Of a stretch of DNA of 64,000 nucleotides, positions 1-18,805 are shown one piece after another (position 1 is the stretch's first letter; the number at the start of each line of letters is the position of its first letter). Made by a program: the position numbers and the translations under genes. Source of the DNA: Guillardia theta CCMP2712 (taxonomy: Eukaryota; Protista; Cryptophyta); assembly GCF_000315625.1 (NCBI RefSeq), contig NW_005434614.1:440820-504819 (forward strand), read 5' to 3'. Below the pieces are notes generated by a model. It made no database searches. It was given only the letters and a program-made list of their open reading frames with translations, and was not told where the DNA came from.

Positions 1-126
1 ACTTCTCATCGTGCCTGTTTTGTCACGATGTCATGTGTTTCCCCTGTCAATGTCTGTGTCTGTTCTGCCTTGTTTTCAGTATGCCTTCGTTGTGCTATCA
101 TGTGTCTTGTGCTGATTGCATCTTAG

Positions 127-307
127 AGGGGCGAGGGAGTTTGTTGAGCGAGAGTGCAATCTGGAAGCGTTTGCAGCGTCATACACGTCTTTGTACCGAG
201 CTGTGGGCGAGAAGAGGAGGAAAAAACTGAAAGGAGTGAGCGATAATCCTGTGTCGTAGAACAGGAGGAAGAACCTGCAGCTGAAAGCTCTTGTGAGTTA
301 CGTTAAC
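127..307 (+). CDS. 3'-terminal exons of a gene starting before the window; probable GT-B (GT4-like) glycosyltransferase C-terminus
   Basis: After an AG acceptor the frame reads GAREFVERECNLEAFAASYTSLYRAV, resembling the final helix of GT4 enzymes. A further short GT-AG intron and stop follow. Only a fragment is visible. Confidence 0.4.
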
Positions 308-464
308 TTGTTGTAGAACAACGACAATCTTATGAAATCTGTCTCCTTCACGCTCTCTCGCCCCTTCTCCTCCCCTCCTTTATCTCCCACTCCTCCCTCT
401 TCTTGTTGTTCGCTCTTTATTCATTGCCATCCACACCTGAGTTCAGCTGCTACCTTCCTCCACT

Positions 465-3400
465 TCAGCTCTGCTTGTCTCGTGATGGTGGAGGCCCTTT
501 GGGAGGCGGAGGTTTTGGTTTGCCCGACTTGGACTGGGAGGAGGCTCGCGAGCTCTGACCAGGAGGAGGAGGAGGAGGAGGAGGATGACTAGGGGCTGGA
601 GGTTTCCTGTAGACGACCCGTCAAGTTTGCACGAGCAAGAGAGGTCTCGGGTTGACGAGGAGGAGGACAGGGAGGAAGGGATAGAGGGGATCAAAAAGAT
701 GGGCAGCGAGGGATGGAAGGAGGGCGAGTCACCTGAGTGAGGGAGATCCTGACTTGCTTCCTGTACGAGAGAATTCTTTGCCAGGCGAGGGAGGGTGAGG
801 AGGAGGGGGAGCTTGGCCGGGGGATACAGGGGCATGGATAGAAGGAGGAGGAGCGTGGATTGGGGGAGGCGGGGCACGAAGAGGAGGGGGAGGGGCCTGC
901 CTCGAGGAGGAGATGGAGGAGGAGTCGTCGCGCACTTCTGTTGAGGGAGCCGTGGAGGAAGACGAGGACGATACATGGGATATTTCAGTGTGCGAGGGAG
1001 GAGAAGGAGCGTGGAGAGGAGGAGGAGGAGCAAGTGGAGGAGGTGGTGGAGGTGGGGGGGAAGGAGCCGTGACCGTAGGTTGCACGCTTGACTTGACAAC
1101 TGTGACAGACACTTAGGGTAATGAGAGAGGAGGAGGGGAGGAGGAGGGCTGAGGGAAGAGGACGGAGGAGGAGGCTGAGGGAAGAGGATGGTGGAGGAGG
1201 CTGAGGGAAGAGGATGGAGGAGGAGGGGAGGAGGAAGCGGCAGGATCGTTACCATCCACATGCGATGCAGCGCGAGTTGGAGCAAGCTGCGGGGCTTCGG
1301 CGTCTACAGGGTCAATGGAGACCTTGGGGCGGGAGTAGACGAAGTCCTGAGAGGGAGGGAAGAACTTGACGGCGGGTTTGGGAGGAGGAGGGCAGACCGC
1401 GCGCAGGCGGTCGAAGATCTGTTTGTCGATGCCCAGGAAGGTCTCCGCCCGCTGGAGGAAGAGTTTGACAACCTCGCTCCCCAGCTCTGGCAGGTTTCTG
1501 TCCTGCTGCGCCTCCTTGAGGATGTGGGAGGGGATGGAGAAGGTGAGGTAGCGATGCTCTTGCCGCAGCAGATGCATGATCGCGCAGCCCGCCCACTGCA
1601 GCCCGTCCCCGAACTGCCACTCGCCCGGTGACCTGCAGGACTTGACGAGGAGGAGGAATGTCAGGCTGCTCCAGACCCAGTGGAACTCTACATCCTTGGA
1701 GGAAGAGGAGAGCAGGTGCCAGGGGGGGAGAGGCAGCACGGCTCCTGGCACACCGTCGTAGTCCTTCCCTCCCATCCACGTCAACTTGGCGTTGGCGATG
1801 AACTGGTCAAGCTTTGCAAGCACGTTGTGGAGGAGGGAGACGTGCTTGGAGGAGAGCTCCGACAGCTCCGAGACCGACCTCGTGTGTCCTGCTATTCCTG
1901 TCAGCCTTTTCGACTGCAGCTGCGCCTCCTCCCCCAAGACCCCCGACGTCTGCAGCCTCCTTGCGCTATCCTCGATCACTGCCTCCGTCTTGCTCTGCAC
2001 GAAGTTCCTGACCTGCCGGCCGGAAGAGAGGAGCAGAGCAGCGAGGGCCTCGTCGAGCAGGTCAGCGAAGCAGAGCATGTTTCCCAGCTCTCTGAACTGC
2101 TGAATGACGCCCGTGCGGAGGGGTGGGTAGGAGGCGACGTCCTTGAGCTTGGCGTCTTCGAAGTAGCCCATCACTCCCTCTACCGTGTAGTCTCGTGCGC
2201 TAGGGAGTTTCATGTCGGCGTCAAGCCCGACGGCAGCGATCTTAGAGAGGTAGGGGATGATGCCCTCCCGCACCAGCCCCTGCAGCTGGTTGGTCGAGGC
2301 CTCCAGCAGCAGCGAAACGTTCTCCTCTCCCATCACCTGCAGCATCGCCGTCGCGTGCTGTCGCCCGAACGTCCCCCGGCCCTTGAGCGCAGCGAGGATG
2401 CGCGAGGTGGCCAAGCGAGAGCCAAAGAGGAGGGCGTACTTGTCGCGCTTGAGGTCGGGGTGAGTGTTCTCAAGGTGCTTCTTCAACAGCCTCATCTGCT
2501 TCCTCGAGTCCGTGTGGCCCTCCGTGTCCTCGTAGTCCATCTCCAGCTCCGACTCCACGAACGTTCGCGACCGCTCCTCGAAGTACATGCACGGCAGCAG
2601 GTGCGCGCGGATCTGACCCACACAGTAGCGAGCGATCCTGTTGCCCGCTAGCCCCGTCCTCAGCCCCTCGCAAACGTCCTGCCACACCTCCTCGAACGGC
2701 GTCAGCTGGAGTCCGTCCTCCGACAGGTACGCGTGCGCAAACCGACTTGTCCTAACCAGCGCCTCCAGCTCGAGAATCCCACTGAGGCCCGTCGCTTCGA
2801 ACCTGCTCTGAGCGTACCACAGGGACGTGCGCTGAAGGTCTTCCACCCTCCAGCTCAGCTGCGAGCTGAGGTCCACCGAGCGGCCGAGCAGCTTGACATG
2901 CTTGACCTTAAGATTAACGCGCATGAACGGGTTGTCCTCCACCTTGTGCGGGGGAACGAGGTCAGGGAAGAGGTGGGAGGCGGCGAGGAGGCGATAGTGA
3001 GCGTAGATCTTGCGAGCGAGGGAGCTGAGCAGCTTGTCGAGGCAAGTTTGAGCCTCCGCCTCGATCTCGAGGAACAGGTGCTTGCTGCGGAGGACGTTCA
3101 AGGAGAAGCGAGCAGCGTCATCGTAGATATGCAGGGGCATGAAGACGTGGGAGATGGGATTCTTGGTGAACTTCTCTGTGCCAAGGAGGAACGAGCACAA
3201 CATCCAGGGCAGGTTGATGGAGGCAGGGAATTGCACCTGCTTAGTCATGTCGAGGAAGAGCTCGCGGAGGTAGAGCGAGCTCAGGTCGGACAGGCTTGCT
3301 AGACACTCGGGCAGGTTCTGCATAGTGAGGAAGGACCGGCTCTCCGTCATCCACATGCTGAGAGTCTTCTGCTGCTCCTTTGACAGCTCCGCCTTTGAGA

Positions 3401-5354
3401 ACATCCCTCCCTTGCGCTGCTCCGCCCTCCTCAGCACCACCCCACAGATCGATCGGAGGAGGAGGAGGAGAGGATAGCCTGGCCCTGACGATCGCTGGGA
3501 CATGACAGAGTCTTTGCGGGCCGTTAGAGGCATGATGACAGCCCGGCCGTCCTGCCCACCTGACGCGTGCCAGTCGGCAGCATACTGCTGTATGACTAGG
3601 AGGAGCTCGGCCATCTCTTTCTTGCCCCTCTCCTGCAGGTCTCTGACCATTTGCCCGACTGCCCCCACAACAACCTCCTGTGTGCGCCAGTGGCAGGTCC
3701 TGGCCATGGCTGGGACGAGGAAGGGCAGGAGCTCCTCCAGGCTGCTCACGAAGCTCTTGATCATCGAGATGAGCTCGAGAAGGGAGGACTTGTCTGTAGC
3801 AGAGTAGTTGTTAGTGACCACTCTCTTGTACTGCTGAAACTTGTCCTCCTCGGTCGGATAGATCTCCGAGCCTGCGTTCTCATCTTTCTGCGGGCAGCTA
3901 TACTTGATGGCCGACTGCTCCAGGATCCACTCCTTCCACTCCTCCACCATCTGCAACCAGCCAACGACCTTGGTGTAGATCTCCTGGTCCTCCGAGGGGG
4001 AGAACTTTCTCGAGGTATTGGACTGGAAGAATGAAGCTTTCATCTCCTCCAGCTGGCAGCAGGAAGCATAGATGTTCCTTCTTGCCATGTCCAGCTTGCC
4101 TGTGATCGAGTATCTCTCGGACAGCTTCTCTGACTTCCCCTTGCTCAGGTCCTGGACGTCCGTCAGTTTGATCCCAAGCGCTTCCACGCCGGGTGCGAGA
4201 CGGACGACGTTCATGCATTCGCTCGTCATGTCGCCAAACACCGGACAGACGGGGTAGGACGTGATGAAGTCGACGGCATCTTTCACCAGGCTCCCGGCCT
4301 TGACCTCTTTGTATCCTTTACTTCCGTCCATCACGCTGGCGACTTCGGCCGCGTCTTCTCCCAGCATCACAAGACAGAGGGATATCACCCTGTGCGCGAC
4401 GTGCCTGCTGTTGAGACCAAACCATCCGACCTCCTCGAACTGCTTCCTCGCAACTTGGAGGCAGAGGCGCAGCAGCTGCACCGTCACATTCATCGAGAAG
4501 AGCTTGGCAAGACGGATGCGAAAGATACTTCCGGTGAGCATCTTGACAAGGTTGGACTTGTTTGCAAGGTAATGAGACAGATCTTGATCGCAAAACAGGT
4601 CATTGTTGAGCAACTGCCTGTTGTCCGTTGTCAGGGCCTGGAGGCCTCTCCTCCAGCTCGAGTAGTCGTTGTTGAGGCTGGGCTTCATGTCCTTGAGCAC
4701 GTCGATCACAAACAACTTATCCAGGATCTTGATGATAGCCCACAGTCTCTCCTCGTTCCACGCCTGGTCCTTGTTCTTCTGCTCCAGCAAGGCTTGGAAC
4801 TGCTTCACCACGGCGTCTTGCAGGCACGACAGCACAAACGTGTGGAGCTCCTTCAGCTTGTGGACTGTCGACTTGAGCATGTTGATGTGACTCGCATAGT
4901 CCGGGTTGCTCTGAGAGAAGGTCTTGGCAATGCTGCGGTACGTGTACAGCCAGTGGATCCAGCCGTCAGCCTTGCCCACCCATCTCTCGATCAGCATGAC
5001 AGCATCGAAGTCTTCCACCACCTGAGATAGATTCTCTGCATCATCGAGGATACCGTCTCTCCTTGACAGGTGGCGGTCAAACACAAAGTCTTGACTGGCC
5101 CCGCAAGGGAAGAAGAGAGCGTTGCTTGCTCCTTGCACCTGCGGCTGACACACCGCCAGCTCGCGCGTGAGAAGGCCGCTGTTGGCTGCTCCATCAGGAT
5201 GATCGCGCTTGTACTCTTCTAGCTTCAGCTCCAGCGTCTGCAGCGCGAAAGTTCCACTTGAGAGCGACATCGAACGGATCGGTCCTGTATGGCAAGGCAC
5301 TTGTAGCTCCAGCGCTCTAGTCTTGACTTGATGTACTCCAGTTGCTATCAGCAA
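465..5354 (-). CDS. CYFIP: CYFIP/Sra1/PIR121 (WAVE regulatory complex subunit) with a ~200 aa proline-rich C-terminal extension; 5' exons may extend to ~5873
   Basis: The 1413-aa ORF has CYFIP motifs: LYTYRS, LDKLFVIDVLKDMKPSLNNDYS, DLSSLYLRELFL..QFPASINLPWML, IYDDAA..FLEIEAE, LLGRSVDL, FGDGLQWAGCAIMHLLRQ, VKFFPP. Frame-preserving introns 1252-1100 and 732-607 join the Pro-rich exons, ending ..KGPPPSRDKQS* at 465-467. Confidence 0.92.
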
Positions 5355-6243
5355 CTAAGACAGAAACATTCCCTGCTAAAAAAATATCTTCAGCTGGAGC
5401 CAGCAACCTCGATCAATCCAGACCCTGCATGCTGTTGGCCTGATCTTATCGCTAATATGTGAGGATGTTATACCTTCCCTTCTCGACTCAGCCTTGTATT
5501 TCATATCCAGTAGATTTCACTCCTCTGCCTCCCGCACAGCTATCTCCCTTCTCTGCTCACGTTCTAACATCGCTTGCTTAGCTTTGTGCTCCAACCATCG
5601 CATTGAGCAGCCTGCTGTTGTCAACTTCCTTGCTCACAACCCCTCTTTTAACCAAATCACATCATCGCAAGACACATGACTTCGCAGTTTCTTCTCGCAT
5701 CTGATATGCTGCTGTCTTTCTTCTAGCATTTGTCAGCCATGTATGTCTCATCGCAACTATCGCTATAAATCTCTCCTAGTTTCTCTTTCCTCACTGAACA
5801 CAAGCATGAGCTTGCAGGCAAGCTCATGCTCTGCCATATCGTTGTCCTCTGCCACGTCGTCATCTTCTGCCATGCCCTCAGCTCGCCACATTCTCGACCG
5901 CTCCCTGCCTCTTGCTCTGTCGTCTTTCTGTAGCATCCCGCGAAGCGCCTAACTTGTAAAACCAGTTATTAAGTGTACCACTAGTGCCTTAAATTATGTT
6001 TTGATAGGACTTTAGTGATGATGCGGAAGACTAATAAATCTTTTAGAGGGATATTTAAAATATTTTATAATATTTACATCTCAGCTTTTAAAAAGCATGG
6101 CCCTCATACCGCATCAAATAACGGCCATGTCGCACCAGATGTCGCACAATGACGCAAGGGAGGAACAAATTTCTTGAGGGGGAGGAGGAGGAGGCGAAGA
6201 ACGATGAAGGACATGGGCGAGAGCGCGATCTCTATGAGAGACG

Positions 6244-7031
6244 ATGAAGATCACTGAGATGTTCACGGGAATGAGAAAGCTGTTCCTGGACAAACACGAA
6301 CAATTCATCAACAGATTGCAACAAGTGCTGTGCTGATCTGCAGAACACCTTCTTCTAAGTGTTCTTTCAACTTCATCAGGATGTATGACCTCGCACCTCC
6401 AGGCTCTCCCATACCTGGTGACTTGCTTATGCTCTGCTCTTCTCCTCCTCAAACTCTTTCAGGGCTGGAGCATCTATTCGGAGGAGGATCAGGGATGTCA
6501 AAGACGGGAGGGCAGAAAACGTCTGCTGCTCCCTCTCAGAGGATCGAGCGAATGATACAGACGTCTGCATCGCACAGGTTGCTTGCTCCTTGTCTGCCAG
6601 ACCTTCTCCTCATTCCTCCCTGCAGACGACCTGTCTTGGTAGGGAGGAGGGATCTTCGAGGGAACAGCAACGGGACGACAAAGACGAGCAGGAAGACTGC
6701 AGGAGAGCGGAGGAGGAAGGAAGTCGACGACGAGGGTGCCAACCTCGCGGATCTGATCCTGGCAGCTGTCCCAAGACAGCCGATCGTCGTGGAGTATGAA
6801 GCTACACCACCATCATATGTGCAGGACGAGGAGTTTGCTGCCGTAACACGCAGTGAGCAGGTAAGAAGAGGAGCGTGCTGCTCTACTTGAAGTGTTACGA
6901 TGACAAGATGGTAGATGGAAGACCATCAGTCAACATCATCACTTACAAGCGATGAATCACACGTCATTCGTCACGTTCCCCTCCATTCACATCCCTTTCA
7001 GCAAAATGCCTTGAGGAGCGTTCCTTTTGAA

Positions 7032-7067
<36 letters not shown>

Positions 7068-8175
7068 CCTCCTCCTCCTGCTCCTCCTCCTCCCGCAGTC
7101 TCTGCCAGTCCTGCTCCCTCGTCTTCCCTTCCTGCAGTTCCTCTTCATGACCCATCGGCGATCTCGAGGCTGTCAGATCCTCAACAGGAGGAGCGAGCGA
7201 TGAAGATCCGAAAACAAGAAGAGCTGAAGGAGTCTCTCAGGCAGCAGGTAGTTCTTGCCCTTTCTTTTGTTCTTCCTCCTGTCCTTTTTCCACTCCTCCT
7301 CTCTCTCTCATTTACCCTTCCCTCCCCTCCTTCTCTGCCCCTTCCCTCGCCTTCCCTTCCCTTTCCTTTCGTTCTCCTCCCTTGCCATTTCTCAGCTTTC
7401 CTTCCCTGCCTCCCTTCCCATCCTCTGGTCCCATCCCTTCTGCTCAAGAGCGACTTCGCAGGTGCAGGAGAGGAAGAGGTTAAAGGAAGAGGAGGTACTT
7501 CGACAGAAGGTAGCGAAACAACTGGGCGCACACGTTTCTGACTGCATTGCAGCGGGAGGAGGAAAGGGAGGAGGAGAGGTGTAGGAGGGAGCAGGAGCAG
7601 CTCAAGTATCAGGTGAAGGCAGAGGATAGGAGCAGTTGTTTCATGATGTCCGAGCAGTTTGAGGCAGAGAAGGCAGCAAAGCGATCAGCTGGAAGCTCAC
7701 AAACAACAGGTTAGCTTCTCCCCACCTGGCCTCTCTTCCCTTCCCTTCCCTTCCCTTCCCTTCCCGTNNNNNNNNNNNNNNNNNNNNNNNNNNNNNNNNN
7801 NNNNNNNNNNNNNNNNNNNNNNNNNNNNNNNNNNNNNNNNNNNNNNNNNNNNNNNNNNNNNNNNNNNGGGAGGAGGTGGAGGAGGAGCAGCTGCAGCAGC
7901 AGATATTGGTTCTGCTGCTCCCCGCAACAAGATGGCTCTGTCGAAGGCTCTCGCAGCTGCTCGAGGAGGAAGGAGAGAGGCTGCTGGTGCGGTGAAGGGC
8001 GTCAAGGTAACGCCGGCAGGGCGAGGACGAGGAGGGAGAGAAGAGGAGGAAGAGATGCGTGTTGGCGTTAGGGCCCTGCGAAGACGGCGAGACTTGAGAA
8101 ATGAGCAGGCAGGAGCAGAGGCAGGAGCAGGAGCAGGAGCAGTGAGATCAAGAGCTGGAGCTGGAGCTGGGACAA

Positions 8176-8236
<61 letters not shown>

Positions 8237-8411
8237 GATCAGAGCAAACAAACGAGTGGAGGCTCCTGCTCCCCGTGCTGCCTCTCGTCCTCCCTTTGGT
8301 TCTCGTCCTCTCCCTGGCAAGGCTTCTGTTCAAGTCTCGCGTTCCCTAGAGGCTGAAAGTGTCTTCCTCTCTGCGGATCAAGGTGCCCTCGTGCCCCTGC
8401 TTCTCTTCCTG

Positions 8412-8477
<66 letters not shown>

Positions 8478-8546
8478 AACTTCTCTTCCTTTACCTCCTC
8501 CTCCTACTTTTTCCCGTGTACCTGCTGCTGCTGCTGCTGCTGTTGA
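6244..8546 (+). CDS. Multi-exon hypothetical low-complexity/coiled-coil protein, interrupted by an assembly gap
   Basis: Spliceable coding-like segments: MKITEMFTGMRKLF.., EERAMKIRKQEELKESLRQQ|VQERKRLKEEEVLRQK, ..SRSLEAESVFL. Boundaries are uncertain. Confidence 0.4.
7768..7867. other. Assembly gap (100 N)
   Basis: Run of N following a (TTCCC)n repeat. Confidence 0.99.
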
Positions 8547-9006
8547 TTCCCTTCTGCGGTCTCGTCCTCTTCTTAACAGTCTCGCAGGGGTTCCTTTCCC
8601 GCCATCGTCGCAACAATCTCTGTATGTTCGGCTCTGTGCCTCTTTCTCAGTCTTGCTTAATGACTCGATCGCCTTATCTTGACTCTCCTGCACCTTCCTC
8701 TCCCCTTCCTTCCTCCCCCTTCCTTCTTCCCTCCTCTTCCTGAGTCTCGTGCAGGGAGCAGGGCGAGGAGGATCTGGGAGAAAACTTTGAGCTGCTTCAA
8801 AACCTCAACTTCCCTCTCTCACAACACGATCGCGACAAGTTCGAGACTTTCTTGCGATCTTTACATGTTTGATATATGTACTTATCATCCTCGTCTTCCA
8901 TCTTGTCCAATATGTTCCTGATCCCTTGACCTTCCTGCCTCCTCTGCTCCCCACACCCCCACACACCCCCACCCCTCTGGTCACTGCTATCTACTTCCTC
9001 GCTCCT

Positions 9007-14467
<5,461 letters not shown>

Positions 14468-14518
14468 GTCTGCGCTCTTTCCCCGCCTCTCCCTCTCCTC
14501 GTTTCGTTTTCCCGCCAT

Positions 14519-14630
14519 CACGTGCCTGCCCGACCCACTAGGGCTGCGAACCGGCTGCGCTGCCAAGACACATCACGTGATATCACGTGACTCAGATTTG
14601 AAACACGTGACAATAATTTCTGGTCACGTG
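14519..14630. promoter_or_regulatory. Cluster of five CACGTG (E-box/G-box) motifs, putative promoter of the RRM-SPOC gene
   Basis: CACGTG at 14519, 14574, 14584, 14604 and 14625. TCACGTGATATCACGTGA (14573-14590) is a perfect palindrome. Confidence 0.55.
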
Positions 14631-14682
14631 AGCTACCATGCCGAACGAGTTTTATATCAGTCACGGTCTGCGAGGAAGAAGA

Positions 14683-14930
14683 AGCGAGGAATGCAGGGAG
14701 AGGGAGGAGAAGCGAGGAATGCAGGGAGAGGGAGGAGAAGCGAGGAATGCAGGGAGAGGGAGGAGAAGCGAGGAATGCATGGAGAGGGAGGAGAAGCGAG
14801 GAAGGCAGGGAGAGGGAGGAGAAGCGAGGAAGGAAGGCGGGGAGAGGAAGGAGAAGCGAGGAAGGCCGGGAGAGGGAGGAGAAGCGAGGAAGGCAGGGAG
14901 AGGGAGGAGAAGCGAGGAAGGCAGGCAGGG
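14683..14930. repeat. 28-bp purine-rich minisatellite, ~8-9 copies
   Basis: Unit AGCGAGGAAKGCAGGGAGAGGGAGGAGA, period 28. Confidence 0.92.
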
Positions 14931-15491
14931 AAGGGAGGGGGGATACATAGCGCGGGAAAGTCTTAGAGCTAGTAGTAGTGCAGGCTGGATGAGAAATTTT
15001 GAGGGCCAAGGCCGAGATTCTTGCGAGGGTGGGACGTCATGGAGTGTCAGAGACACGAGAGTACACTGATGCGCATGACTGAGAACACGTCTTGCTGTGG
15101 TGCATACATGCAAGGGCTATGTAGTACCTTCACAGGATACACCAACTAGACACAGCGAAACGAATACATCCGTGTAGGGATATGAAATGTGTGCTGCATT
15201 GGGGAATGCCAATCGAGGTTCGTGTTTGCTCTATAAGACTGTCTTCCCCGCATTGGCCTTGCATAGCGCAGTAACAACATGCAGCGATCAATGATGGAAT
15301 GGCAATCGTGACTGTGCCATTGGGATAGAAGTGAGGACGTACCAATCAAAATCAGCGGTGGCATTCTCAACGAATAAACATGTGTACAACCGAAGAAAAC
15401 AATTCACGAAAGACATTTATTCACAAGAGTCTCATGTAATCAAAAACAGTTGCAATCGAAACTCTTCACCAAGAAAAGCATCAGTCTTGTT

Positions 15492-18400
15492 CCTAGAAGC
15501 ACACTGCTCCACTCGATCGCACCCCCACAAGTAGCACAACCGCCCCTGCCCCCTGCTGCTGCTTCCTCCCCCCAGGCTTCTTCTCTCCCCGGAACGCCTT
15601 CCATCGCACCACCTCGTACTGCATCCTTGCAGCCTTCCCTCCTCCCTTCTCCCCTCGGCTCCTCCGAGACGTCTCCCCATGGCCCTTCACGCCCCTCGCC
15701 TCCTCTGCCCGGTATCGACACATCCGGAACATCTCGCAAGGCCTGCCCTCACCCGTCATCCCTCCCACCGCCCCTCCGCCCGTCCCTCCGTACTCACACT
15801 CGGTTAGTCGACCTCGTCGCCGCCTTGAGGTATCGTCCAAGCCGCTCCTGCTCTGCCGGGTGTACCAGGAGGTCCAGCGTCACCTCCTCCTTGAGGTCCC
15901 CGTACCATGGCGCCGCCTCCACGTACTCCCGCATCCCTCGCCCCATCCACCTGCCCATCGCAAGCCTCCCTGTCAGCTCCTCCCCCTTCCTCTCCTCTCG
16001 TGGCCCTACCGGATCGCTCCTGTCTCCGTCTCGACCTCCACCACGAGCATGCATCCCGCTCGCCGCATCCCTGGTCGACCCTTTAGCCCGAGCGCTTCCC
16101 TCCCAGTGCTCCCGCTCACCTTCCCGAACCGTGTCCGACGACACCCCCGACATGTAGGACCTGCAGCCCCACGACGCGTCAGCCTCCGGCAGCCCCTGGC
16201 CGCACTGCTGCTCGCACGCCTTCCTCGCTCTACCTGACGAGCTTCGAGGCCCCCTCGAGGATCTGGAACAGCGATCGCCCAGACGGCGTCAGCGCTCGCG
16301 GCTGCCGGGCCTCCCCGGCGTCTGCCGATGACGAGCGTGAGTGAGGTGCACAGAGGGCAGAGAGAGAGCGACTGCGGGACTGCACGTACCGAGAGGAGGG
16401 AGGAAGGCGTCGAGCTGCCTTAGAAGCTCCTTCTGGGAGCCGCGAACGCGCTGCTTCTTCTCCGCTAGCCTTCGTTTTTCTTCCTGATCAAAGCAGGGCT
16501 CGCTATCTGCTTGTGGTGAGTAGATTGCTGTGCTCGAATGCTGTAGAGAAGCTTCTTGCACTGACAGTACTGTAGCCATCGATACCGGCTTCGAGTCCCC
16601 CCAACTCCATTCCATTGTTGGCTGTGGGATGCCTGGGCTGTCGGTACTGTCCATGATGCAGTCCTCAGGACTCTGAGTCTCGGAGGCATCAGAGAACATG
16701 TCGATTGATAGATGTAGCATTGCTGCGTCTTGCGCGTCACATGGCGGCTCGTTGTGACCAGGGGTGGAGTCTACTGCCCCCGAAGCTTCTTCCACGTCAC
16801 TTTCTCTATTCATGAGAAAGTCGAGAGGATCCACCAAAAAGAAAGGTTCTAGGAGAGAGTCTTGAGCACACGTGAAAGTGAAGATTGGTCTGATATTCTC
16901 CAACCTGCTGTCTACAGTCCCCTGCGCTGAGCCGCTCCCGAGCATCAGAGCAGTGTACTCGACGTCAAGTTGCTAAGCTGGTCAGTTTCCAGCTGAGCAC
17001 AGATGATAATGTGATGTGATGTCGGGTAACGTCGAGGATGAGGGTGTGGAAGGGCTCGGTAGTCTGGTACTGGGACGGCTCGAGATTGCCGGTGTCGTGG
17101 ACGACGCTGATGTATGGAGGGAGGTGTGGGGGAGAGTTTATAAGGCCCTCGAAGCGGTGTAAGATCGGGGCAGGAGAATGGTCGGGCAACGGATAAGCGT
17201 TAGGATAGCCTCGTGACAGACTCGATCTCGAGATTATGTATTGTAAAATCCGTTTGGATCGCAAAAATCTACTTTGTCTGAGGCCCCATGCGATCCCTTC
17301 TTGCGACTGAGTACTTTCTGGATAGACTTTTGAAGAAGGTATACGTTAAACTAGGTATACGGCATACGTTACATTCGTTTGGATAGCATGCTTTCCAATA
17401 GCTCGGTTCTCAATCGTTTCAAAACTCCATCTTTTCAAGAGAGGCGTTGAAATTTCAAAGAGTTGCTCATTTTACTGACACGGATTCCAACGGATGGCAT
17501 GACTGATAGCTAGGGGGCAGCAGCGTTATATCTTGGAAGATCGATTTGATGCCTCGCAAAGTTGAGTAAAGTCTTTGCTCTGGCGTAACGCAGCGTGATG
17601 ACCGTTGAAACCTGATCATTGAATGCTTCCCATACATGCTGAGTCGTTGAAAACAACAACGAAACTTGAGAATGCATAACATCAACAGTTGAAAAACATT
17701 GAACAAATGCTTCAATTAAAACACGAACATCATTGACACATGAATCAAGAAAAAACACAAGGCGAATATACATAACAATGCAAAAATCTTTATTCAAACA
17801 AGGACCCATCTAACAAAAGCCCCTTGTCTGCCAAATAAGCCTAGAAGCACACCGCTCCACTCGATCGCACCCCCACAAGTAGCACAACCGCCCCTGCCCC
17901 CTGCTGCTGCTTCCTCCCCCCAGGCTTCTTCTCTCCCCGGAACGCCTTCCATCGCACCACCTCGTACTCCATCCTTGCGGCCTTCCCTCCTCCCTTCTCC
18001 CCTCGGCTCCTCCGAGACGTCTCCCCATGGCCCTTCACGCCCCTCGCCTCCTCTGCCCGGTATCGACACATCCGGAACATCTCGCAAGGCCTGCCCTCAC
18101 CCGTCATCCCTCCCCCCTCCGCCCGTCCCTCCGTACTCACACTCGGTTAGTCGACCTCGTCGCCGCCTTGAGGTATCGTCCAAGCCGCTCCTGCTCTGCC
18201 GGGTGTACCAGGAGGTCCAGCGTCACCTCCTCCTTGAGGTCCCCGTACCATGGCGCCGCCTCCACGTACTCCCGCATCCCTCGCCCCATCCACCTGCCCA
18301 TCGCAAGCCTCCCTGTCAGCTCCTCCCCCTTCCTCTCCTCTCGTGGCCCTACCGGATCGCTCCTGTCTCCGTCTCGACCTCCACCACGAGCATGCATCCC

Positions 18401-18805
18401 GCTCGCCGCATCCCTGGTCGACCCTTTAGCCCGAGCGCTTCCCTCCCAGTGCTCCCGCTCACCTTCCCGAACCGTGTCCGACGACACCCCCGACATGTAG
18501 GACCTGCAGCCCCACGACGCGTCAGCCTCCGGCAGCCCCTGGCCGCACTGCTGCTCGCACGCCTTCCTCGCTCTACCTGACGAGCTTCGAGGCCCCCTCG
18601 AGGATCTGGAACAGCGATCGCCCAGACGGCGTCAGCGCTCGCGGTTGCCGGGCCTCCCCGGCGTCTGCCGATGACGAGCGTGAGTGAGGTGCACAGAGGG
18701 CAGAGAGAGAGCGACTGCGGGCCTGCACGTACCGAGAGGAGGGAGGAAGGCGTCGAGCTGCCTTAGAAGCTCCTTCTGGGAGCTGCGAACGCGCTGCTTC
18801 TTCTC
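15492..18805. repeat. Near-identical direct duplication, 15492-16462 versus 17840-18805
   Basis: About 970 bp match including introns, with a handful of substitutions and one 5-bp indel. Confidence 0.97.
15493..16945 (-). CDS. bHLH-PAS-like transcription factor, copy 1 (spliced; start uncertain, 16813 or 16945)
   Basis: Basic/helix 1 KRRLAEKKQRVRGSQKELLRQLDAFLP; helix 2 RSLFQILEGASKLVR; PAS-like MLVVEVETETGAIR|WMGRGMREYVEAAPW..LDLLVHPAEQERL. Confidence 0.65.

Noticed and set aside
1113-1115. In-frame TAA between the CYFIP ORF and the Pro-rich ORF (possible readthrough)
   Set aside because: It is removed by a phase-compatible GT-AG intron at 1252-1100.
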